Assembly: GCF_001598795.1 (NCBI RefSeq)
Contig: NZ_BCZP01000002.1
Coordinates: 210,001 to 242,000 of the forward strand
Length of the DNA: 32,000 bases
Source of the DNA: Delftia acidovorans NBRC 14950
GTDB taxonomy: Bacteria; Pseudomonadota; Gammaproteobacteria; Burkholderiales; Burkholderiaceae_C
Direction: 5' to 3'
Part shown: piece after piece, positions 25,714 to 32,000 of the stretch
Numbering within the stretch: position 1 is the first letter of the stretch
Layout of the letters: each line of letters begins with the position of its first letter
Notes under the pieces: model-generated
Databases searched by the model: none
Seen by the model: only the letters and a program-made list of their open reading frames with translations
Told to the model about the DNA's origin: nothing
Made by a program: the position numbers and the translations under genes

Positions 25714-27210
25714 CTACTGGAACGCCACCTCCGCGAAGCTGCGCAGCTTGCGGCTGTGCAGGCGCTGGGTGCCGCCTTCGCGCAGGATGTCGATGGCGCG
25801 CATGCCGATGCGCAGATGCTGGTCCACGCGCTCGCGGTAGAAGTGGTTGGCCATGCCGGGCAGCTTGATCTCGCCGTGCAGCGGCTTGTCGGACACGCAC
25901 AGCAGCGTTCCATAGGGCACGCGGAAGCGGAAGCCGTTGGCCGCGATGGTGGCGCTTTCCATGTCCAGCGCCACGGCGCGGCTCTGGCTGAAGCGCAGCT
26001 GGGGCAGGTTGTTGGGCAGCAGTTCCCAGTTGCGGTTGTCGGTGCTGGCCACGGTGCCGGTGCGCATGATGCGCTTGAGGTCGGGGCCGTCCATCTGCGT
26101 GACGTCGGCCACGGCCTGCTGCAGTGCCAGCTGGATTTCGGCCAGCGCGGGAATGGGCACCCACAGCGGCAGTTCCTCGTCCAGCACATGGTCCTCGCGC
26201 ACATAGGCGTGGGCCAGCACGTAGTCGCCCAGTTGCTGGCTGTTGCGCAGGCCCGCGCAGTGGCCCAGCATCATCCAGGCGTGCGGGCGCAGCACGGCTA
26301 TGTGGTCGGTGATGGTCTTGGCATTGGCCGGACCCACGCCGATGTTGACCATGGTGATGCCGCTGTGGTCGGCGCGCACCAGGTGGTAGGCCGGCATCTG
26401 CGGCAGGCGCGGCGGCGGCGTGCCCAGCTCGTCATTGGGCTGGGCCGGCAGTCCGGTGCGGCGCGTGACCACGTTGCCGGGCTCGATGAAGGCCACGTAT
26501 TCGCTGTCTTCCCTGGCCATTTCTGCGTGGCCCAGGCGGATGAATTCGTCGATGTAGAACTGGTAGTTGGTGAACAGCACGAAGTTCTGGAACCACTCGG
26601 GCTGGGTGCCCGTGTAGTGGCGCAGGCGGTGCAGCGAGTAGTCCACGCGCGGGGCGGTGAACAGGGACAGCGGCAGGGCCTCGCCGGGATGCGGGCGCCA
26701 GGTGCCGTTGGCAATGCCGTCGTCCATGGCTTCGAGGTCGGGCAGGTCGAACACATCGCGCATCAGCTGGCGCCGCTCGCGCGTGAGCGTTCCCTCGATG
26801 TGGTCGTTCTCGGCGAACGAGAAGTGGATGGGAATGGGCTTGTCGCTCAGGCCCACCTCCAGCGGCACGCCGTGGCTCTTGATCAGCAGGCGGAACTGCT
26901 CGGCGTAGTAGCGCGAGAACAGGTCGGGCCGCGTGAGCGTGGCCTCATGCGTGCCCGGGCCCTCGACGAAGCCGTAGGCCAGCTGCGTGTCGGCGCGCGA
27001 CACGGTGCTCGTGTGCATGCGAACGAAGGGGTAGTAGGCGTGGACGGGAGCGGCCGGGGTTTCGCCGGAGACGAAGCGCTGCATGTTCGAGCGAAGGTGC
27101 TCTATCTGCTCCCGGTAGATCTGCTGTACGTGCTCCAGGGCCCGCTGGGGGTCGGTGTGCAAGGTGGCTGCGGCCCTGGAGGCCTGCGAGGGGTTGTGAA
27201 GCAAAACCAT
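25714..27210 (-). CDS. amn: AMP nucleosidase
   Basis: 498 aa. Full-length architecture with the N-terminal regulatory domain plus a PNP/UDP-phosphorylase-like catalytic domain (MVNIGVGPANAKTITDH...ALDMESATIAA). Confidence 0.9.
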   Translation of the reverse strand: MVLLHNPSQASRAAATLHTDPQRALEHVQQIYREQIEHLRSNMQRFVSGETPAAPVHAYYPFVRMHTSTVSRADTQLAYGFVEGPGTHEATLTRPDLFSRYYAEQFRLLIKSHGVPLEVGLSDKPIPIHFSFAENDHIEGTLTRERRQLMRDVFDLPDLEAMDDGIANGTWRPHPGEALPLSLFTAPRVDYSLHRLRHYTGTQPEWFQNFVLFTNYQFYIDEFIRLGHAEMAREDSEYVAFIEPGNVVTRRTGLPAQPNDELGTPPPRLPQMPAYHLVRADHSGITMVNIGVGPANAKTITDHIAVLRPHAWMMLGHCAGLRNSQQLGDYVLAHAYVREDHVLDEELPLWVPIPALAEIQLALQQAVADVTQMDGPDLKRIMRTGTVASTDNRNWELLPNNLPQLRFSQSRAVALDMESATIAANGFRFRVPYGTLLCVSDKPLHGEIKLPGMANHFYRERVDQHLRIGMRAIDILREGGTQRLHSRKLRSFAEVAFQ

Positions 27211-27213
27211 GGG

Positions 27214-29292
27214 CTATTGTCGTTGGACTGGATGACTGTTGTGCAATTGCCAGGCGCGCGCCCTCTCGGCCGGCAGGGGCGGCGCCACAAGGTATCCCTG
27301 CATCATGCCGCAGCCCAGCTCGCGCAAAAGCGCCAATTGGGCAGGTGTTTCCACGCCTTCCGCCACGATGTCCAGGTGCAGGCTGTGGCCCATCTGCACG
27401 ATGGCGGTGACGATGGCCGTGTCGTCCTCGCTATCGGGGACGTCGGCGATGAAGGAGCGGTCTATCTTGAGCTGGTTGATCGGGTGGCGGCGCAGGTAGG
27501 CCAGCGAGGAGTAGCCGGTGCCGAAGTCGTCGATGGCCAGGCCCACGCCCAGGGCCTGCAGCGCCTGCAAGGTGTCCTGCACCTGCCCGCTGGTGTGCAT
27601 CAGCGTGGACTCGGTCAGCTCGATGTGCAGCCAGCGCGCCTCCAGCCCCGTTTCCTCCAGCACCTGTGCCACCTCGCGCGCCATGTCGCGCTGGCGGAAT
27701 TCCAACGCCGAGAGGTTCACGGACAGCGGCACCGGCGCCAGGCCCTCGTCCTGCCACTGGCGCGCCTGGCGGCAGGCCTCGCGCAGCACCCAGTGGTCTA
27801 TGGCCGAGATCAGGCCGCGCGCCTCGGCAAAGCCGATGAACTCGCCGGGCAGCACCAGGCCGCGCTGCGGGTGGCGCCAGCGCACCAGGGCCTCGAAGCC
27901 CGCTAGCCGGCCATCGGCCGTGAAGGTCTGGGGCTGGTAGTACAGCTCGAACTCGCCGCGCTCCAGCGCGCCGCGCAGCTGCTGCTCCTGCATCAGCATC
28001 TGGGCCTGGGTGGCCTGGCCGTCCTGTGCGGGTGCATAGAACTGCAGGTTGCGGCGGCCGCTGTCCTTGGCCATGTGCATGGCGCTTTCGGCGCGGTTGA
28101 GCAGCTCTTCGGCGTTTTTCCCGTCGCCGGGGTACATGGCGATGCCCATGCACGGCGAGATCACCAGCGGCGTGCCATCGATGGCGCAGGGCGCCTCGAT
28201 GATGCGCTGCAGGTGGCTGGCCTGTGTCTCGGTTTCCTGCGGATCGGGGTCGTCGGTGAGCACGACCACGAATTCGTCGCCGCCCACGCGCGCCACCAGA
28301 TCATGGGCGCGCACGCTGCCGCGCAGGCGCTGGGCGACCTCGCACAGCAGCAGGTCGCCGGCCTGGTGGCCCAGCGAGTCGTTGATGGTTTTGAAATGGT
28401 CCAGGTCGATGAGGAGCACGGCCAGCGTGCGCTGCTTGACCGAAGCCAGCGACAGCGCCTGGCGCAGCATCTGGATCAGGCGCACGCGGTTGGGCAGCTG
28501 GGTGAGCTGGTCGTGCTGGGCCAGGAAGTCCATGCGCTCCTGCGCCAGCTGGCGCAGCGTGATGTCGCGCACCAGCACGATGCGGTAGGGCCCGCCCTCT
28601 GCCGGCATGGTCTTGGCCTCGATCTCCACGGGGATGCGGTGGCCGTCCTTGTGCTGGATGGCGCCGTCGAAGCGGTCCTCGCGGCCGCTGCGCATGTACT
28701 GCAGTGCGTAGAGGCGGAATTCGGGGCAGATGTAGTCGAGGATGGGGCGGCCGGTCAGCTCGTCCAGCGTGTAGCCGGCCAGGCGGGACAGGGCCTCGTT
28801 GCCGTCGATGATCAGGCCATCGCGGTGCATGACGATGGCCTCGGTCGTGACCTCGGTGAACTTGCGCATGCGCTCTTCGCTGTCGCGCACCTTCTGCGCC
28901 ACATGGTGGTGGTGGCTCACGTCGGTGATCTGCACCACGGCGCCCTGCAGCTGCCCGTGCTCGAAGTGCGGCATCAGCAGCGATTCGATATGGCGAGGCG
29001 GTCCATCCGGCTGTGGCACCTCGCGCTCGTAGCGCACATGTTCGCCGCGCAGGCCGCGCTCCACATGCTCGGCGATGAGCTGCCACACGGCTTCGCCCAC
29101 GATCTCGCGCACGGTCTTGCCGACCGCCTCGGCGGGCGTCAATCCGAAATTGCGTGCGTAGTTGATGTTGGCGAAGCGGCAGCGCAGCGTGCGCGCATCG
29201 AAGTAGGCCAGCATGGCCGGAGCCGTATCTGCTATCAGCCGCAACAGCGCATCGTCGGGCCCCGTGTCTTGCGCATCGATGTTCTCTGGCAT
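27214..29292 (-). CDS. PAS-PAS-GGDEF-EAL signalling protein (c-di-GMP turnover)
   Basis: 692 aa from MPENIDAQ... (SD gaggggg). Two PAS-like segments. GGDEF with an RAHD I-site. EAL domain with FEALVRW, DDFGTGYSSL and QGYL motifs. Confidence 0.9.
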   Translation of the reverse strand: MPENIDAQDTGPDDALLRLIADTAPAMLAYFDARTLRCRFANINYARNFGLTPAEAVGKTVREIVGEAVWQLIAEHVERGLRGEHVRYEREVPQPDGPPRHIESLLMPHFEHGQLQGAVVQITDVSHHHHVAQKVRDSEERMRKFTEVTTEAIVMHRDGLIIDGNEALSRLAGYTLDELTGRPILDYICPEFRLYALQYMRSGREDRFDGAIQHKDGHRIPVEIEAKTMPAEGGPYRIVLVRDITLRQLAQERMDFLAQHDQLTQLPNRVRLIQMLRQALSLASVKQRTLAVLLIDLDHFKTINDSLGHQAGDLLLCEVAQRLRGSVRAHDLVARVGGDEFVVVLTDDPDPQETETQASHLQRIIEAPCAIDGTPLVISPCMGIAMYPGDGKNAEELLNRAESAMHMAKDSGRRNLQFYAPAQDGQATQAQMLMQEQQLRGALERGEFELYYQPQTFTADGRLAGFEALVRWRHPQRGLVLPGEFIGFAEARGLISAIDHWVLREACRQARQWQDEGLAPVPLSVNLSALEFRQRDMAREVAQVLEETGLEARWLHIELTESTLMHTSGQVQDTLQALQALGVGLAIDDFGTGYSSLAYLRRHPINQLKIDRSFIADVPDSEDDTAIVTAIVQMGHSLHLDIVAEGVETPAQLALLRELGCGMMQGYLVAPPLPAERARAWQLHNSHPVQRQ

Positions 29293-29405
29293 GCGTCCCC
29301 CTCGCTGGGGATTTATAGCGGAATCGCCGAGATTTTGATAGCGCTCTTGTGCGAGGGTGAGCGGCCGCTGACGCGTGGGAGCGCGTGCGGCTGTCGGGCA
29401 TCGGG

Positions 29406-29433
29406 GGCCGCCATGGCGGCCTGTCTTTTTTTT
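29406..29433 (+). terminator. Canonical intrinsic terminator oriented on the + strand, with no annotated + strand gene upstream
   Basis: Perfect 16-nt palindrome ggccgccatggcggcc, then tgtc and T8 (29426-29433). A second hairpin, gcgccgca-tcacg-tgcggcgc, lies at 29437-29457. Confidence 0.5.
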
Positions 29434-29464
29434 GCAGCGCCGCATCACGTGCGGCGCGGCTTCT

Positions 29465-29968
29465 TTACTTGAGCAGGTCCTGCACCTGGCCCAGTGCAGT
29501 CTGGGCGCACTTGTCGTCCAGGTGGCCGCCGGGCGCGCCGCCGATGCCCACGGCGCCGATCACCTCGTTGCCCACCTTCACCGGCAGGCCGCCGCCCAGC
29601 AGCAGGTAGCCGGGAATGTTCACCAGGTTGGCGGCGCCGGGGTTCTTCTGCGCGCCTTCCATGATGGCCAGCGTGCTGTTCTTGGCCGATGCGGCCGTGT
29701 AGGCCTTCAGGCGGCTGGCCTCCAGCGTGTGGGGGCCCGCGTTGTCGGCGCGCTGCACGGCGCGCACGGTGCCGGCACGGTCCACCACGGTGGCGGTGAC
29801 GGCATAGCCGTCGGCGGCGCAGGCGGCCACGCTGCGTGCGGCGATCTGGTTGGCCAGCTCCAGCGACATGTTCTTTTCCGTGCGCACGGCCTCGGCCTGG
29901 GCGGCGGTGGCGATCAGGCCCAGGGTCAGGGCAGCGAGGGTGGCAAGCTTGGTGGCGTGGCGTTGCAT
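29465..29968 (-). CDS. Secreted GlcG/HbpS-like (DUF336) heme-binding-family protein
   Basis: 167 aa. Signal peptide MQRHATKLATLAALTLGLIATAAQAEA. Core sequence ...ATVVDRAGTVRA...GGLPVKVGNEVIGAVGIGGAPGGHLDDKCAQTAL. SD aaggaga lies upstream. Confidence 0.85.
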   Translation of the reverse strand: MQRHATKLATLAALTLGLIATAAQAEAVRTEKNMSLELANQIAARSVAACAADGYAVTATVVDRAGTVRAVQRADNAGPHTLEASRLKAYTAASAKNSTLAIMEGAQKNPGAANLVNIPGYLLLGGGLPVKVGNEVIGAVGIGGAPGGHLDDKCAQTALGQVQDLLK

Positions 29969-30028
29969 GGTCTTCTCCTTGGGGGTCAGTACGGCCCGGG
30001 CCACAAGCCCGGACGGCATGCACGCACT

Positions 30029-30086
30029 GTAGAAAATGCCGCCGCCGCGCACCATTCGGACGGTTACGCGCGGCGCTGCGTAGAAA
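30029..30086 (-). promoter_or_regulatory. Pair of direct repeats (CGC-n3-GTAGAAA, 51 bp apart) in the promoter region of the GlcG/HbpS-like gene
   Basis: cgcactGTAGAAAat (GTAGAAA at 30029-30035) and cgctgcGTAGAAAta (30080-30086). These are candidate sites for the adjacent LuxR-type response regulator. Confidence 0.3.
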
Positions 30087-30128
30087 TACGGAGAAGCCAG
30101 GCGCGCTGCTGGGCGAGGAGGTGGCGCT

Positions 30129-30770
30129 TCAGGCGCCTGCCGCCGTGTCCGCCAGGCTGGCGTAGCGGCGTATGAGCTGGGCCAGGCTGGGCGCCTCCAG
30201 CTTGGCGAAGAGGTTGGCACGGTGCGTTTCCACCGTGCGTGGCGACAGCTCCAGGCTGCGGCCTATCTCCTTGTTGGTCAGGCCCTGCACGATCAGCGCC
30301 AGCACCTCGCGCTCGCGTGCCGAGAGCTGGGCGAAGCGCTGCTGCGCATCGCGGTCGGCCTGCTGGCGTTCGCGCGACTGCACATGCTGGCGCACGGCGC
30401 CTTGCAGCGCGTCGATCAGCACTTCGTCGTCCACGGGCTTTTCCAGGAACTCGGCCGCGCCGGCCTTGAAGGCGCGCCGGCACATGTCCACCGTGCCATG
30501 GCCGGTGAGCATGATCACGGGCTGGTCCACGCCCTGCTCCACCAGCCGGCCCAGCAGGGCCAGTCCGCCGATGCCGGGCATGCGCACGTCCATCACGATG
30601 GCGCCTATGCCCTGGCGGTCCAGCCCTTCGAGAAAGGCCAGCGGATCGGCCCAGCACTGCACACGCAGGCCCACGGTGCCGATCAGCAGGGCCAGGCTGT
30701 CGCGCACGGCCTCGTCGTCATCGACCAGATGGATCAGCGGGGACAGGTCTTGGGCAGGCGCGGCGGTCAT
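30129..30770 (-). CDS. FixJ/NarL(LuxR)-family response regulator (REC + HTH)
   Basis: 213 aa, LIHLVDDDEAVRDSL...IVMDVRMPGIGG...EKP... then LSAREREVLALIVQGLTNKEIGRSLELSPRTVETHR. Its ATG overlaps the kinase stop (ATGA). Confidence 0.9.
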   Translation of the reverse strand: MTAAPAQDLSPLIHLVDDDEAVRDSLALLIGTVGLRVQCWADPLAFLEGLDRQGIGAIVMDVRMPGIGGLALLGRLVEQGVDQPVIMLTGHGTVDMCRRAFKAGAAEFLEKPVDDEVLIDALQGAVRQHVQSRERQQADRDAQQRFAQLSAREREVLALIVQGLTNKEIGRSLELSPRTVETHRANLFAKLEAPSLAQLIRRYASLADTAAGA

Positions 30771-32000
30771 GGGTTCGGTGGTGGTGGTGGTGTGGATGCG
30801 GTGGGGGCGGCGCGTGCCGTGGATGCATTGGCGCATGCACTGGCGCACGCCGCAGGCAGCAGCAGCTCGAAGCGGGCTCCGCTGCCCGGTCCCGAGGCGG
30901 CCAGCTCCAGGCTGCCGCTCATGGATTCGGCCAGGCTCTGGCTCAACGTCAGGCCCAGGCCCAGCCCCTGGGCGCGGCCCGTGGCAAATGGGGTGAACAG
31001 GCGCTGGCGCATCTCGGGCGCCACGCCGGGTCCGCTGTCCTGCACCGCCACCAGCAGGCGGTTGTCGCGTCGTTCCAGTTCCACCCGCAGATGGCGTGTT
31101 GCGGGCGGCTGCTCGTCCATGGTCTGCAGCGCATTGACCAGCAGGTTGTGCAGTATCTGCTGCACGGCCACGGGGTCGGCCTGGGCGGCGGGCAGATCGG
31201 CGGCCTGCACTTTCATCTGCACCTTGACCTGGACCTGGCGGCGCCGCAGCTCGGGCTCCAGCAGATAAAGCGCTTCGGCAACGGCCTGGTTCAGATCCAG
31301 CGGCTCGGCCTGGGGCGCAAGCCCCGGTTGCTCCACCAGGCGGCGCAGCCGTCCTACCACGGCGGACGCGCGCTTGGCCTGCTCGGCCGCCTGCGTCATG
31401 GCCTGGCGGGCGGCGTCCATCTCGGGCGGGTCCTCGGCCAGCAGGCGGCGCGCGGCCTGGCTGTTGGACAGCACGGCCGTCAGCGGCTGGTTCAGCTCAT
31501 GCGCCATGCCGGCGGCCAGTTCGCCCAGCGTATTGAGCCGAGCCACCTGGCCCAGCTGCAGCAACTGCTCGGCGCGGCGGCGGGCCACGCGCTGGCGCAG
31601 CAGGGCGCGCAGCGCTGCCACGGCCAGCGCGCAGCCCAGGGCCCAGCCCAGCATGGCCGTCCAGGGCAGCACCGAGGCGTCCAGCGGCTGGCGCAGGTAC
31701 AGCACCAGCGGCTGGCTGGGCGAGGCCAGGGTCTTGCTCACCTCCCAGGACCATGTGTTCCAGCCTGGCGAGCCGGTGCTGCCTGGCTGGATCAGGAATT
31801 CCTGCCCGCCCAGGGCCAGCCAGGCGCGCACCGGGCTGGTGGCCGGTGGCATGGGCCATTCGTCGGCGGGAATGATGGAGCGCAGATCCAGCAGCAATGC
31901 ATAGCTGGCCGGCAGCCCGGCCTGCACCAGGTACAGGCGGCCCCGGGCGAGATCGGCCAGGGCCAGTTCGGCATGGCCGCTGGCCTGGGAGCGGCGCTCG
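30767..32000 (-). CDS. Sensor histidine kinase (periplasmic sensor domain + TM + HisKA + HATPase); the 5' end lies outside the window
   Basis: The frame stays open to base 32000 upstream of the GTG listed in the track. TM helix WTAMLGWALGCALAVAALRALL. H-box LGELAAGMAHELNQPLTAV. N/G boxes LHNLLVNAL and DSGPGV...GLGLGL. Confidence 0.85.
   Translation of the reverse strand, partial: ERRSQASGHAELALADLARGRLYLVQAGLPASYALLLDLRSIIPADEWPMPPATSPVRAWLALGGQEFLIQPGSTGSPGWNTWSWEVSKTLASPSQPLVLYLRQPLDASVLPWTAMLGWALGCALAVAALRALLRQRVARRRAEQLLQLGQVARLNTLGELAAGMAHELNQPLTAVLSNSQAARRLLAEDPPEMDAARQAMTQAAEQAKRASAVVGRLRRLVEQPGLAPQAEPLDLNQAVAEALYLLEPELRRRQVQVKVQMKVQAADLPAAQADPVAVQQILHNLLVNALQTMDEQPPATRHLRVELERRDNRLLVAVQDSGPGVAPEMRQRLFTPFATGRAQGLGLGLTLSQSLAESMSGSLELAASGPGSGARFELLLPAACASACANASTARAAPTASTPPPPPNP

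Noticed and set aside
25714-27210. AMP nucleosidase considered as a nucleotide-depleting anti-phage effector
   Set aside because: It has the full housekeeping Amn architecture (regulatory N-domain plus catalytic domain, about 500 aa). No sensor, cyclase or other defence-type partners are adjacent, and the neighbours are ordinary c-di-GMP signalling proteins.

Overview
High-GC (roughly two-thirds G+C by eye) chromosomal window that looks betaproteobacterial, possibly Comamonadaceae; the taxon is inference only. I support about 31 protein-coding genes and found no rRNA, tRNA, CRISPR array, transposase or integrase. Left to right: the 3' end of htpG; an AT-rich control region; a 1202-aa secreted DUF11-repeat protein ending in an IPTLxxWG-type C-terminal sorting signal, followed by a small exosortase (XrtH-like) and a partner membrane protein. 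Next is a minus-strand urease cluster, ureD-ureA-hupE/ureJ-ureB-ureC-[opposite-strand AbrB/MazE-like ORF]-ureE-ureF-ureG, with a sigma-54-type promoter. Then comes a SoxR module with a perfect SoxR box facing a RidA-like + MFS operon, followed by a second MFS transporter and a Gly/Val-rich lipoprotein. REC-GGDEF, srkA/rdoA, a 2H-phosphoesterase-like ORF and ohrR-ohr with an AT-rich operator palindrome follow. The next genes are a crotonase, 3-hydroxybutyryl-CoA dehydrogenase and a GMC oxidoreductase. A minus-strand string then runs PAS-PAS-GGDEF-EAL / AMP nucleosidase / membrane GGDEF. The window ends with a secreted GlcG/HbpS-like (DUF336) protein beside a FixJ/LuxR-type response regulator and a periplasm-sensing histidine kinase that runs off the right edge. 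The most system-like candidates are the exosortase H / IPTL-CTERM sorting module and the HbpS-like + two-component trio. The first is defined by comparative genomics but, to my knowledge, not characterised experimentally. Smaller oddities are the orphan antitoxin-like ORF inside the urease operon, the c-di-GMP/Amn gene string, an orphan plus-strand terminator and several short repeats. Many long ORFs in the supplied track are mirror-frame artefacts of high GC content and were rejected. All family assignments come from reading motifs by eye; no searches were run.
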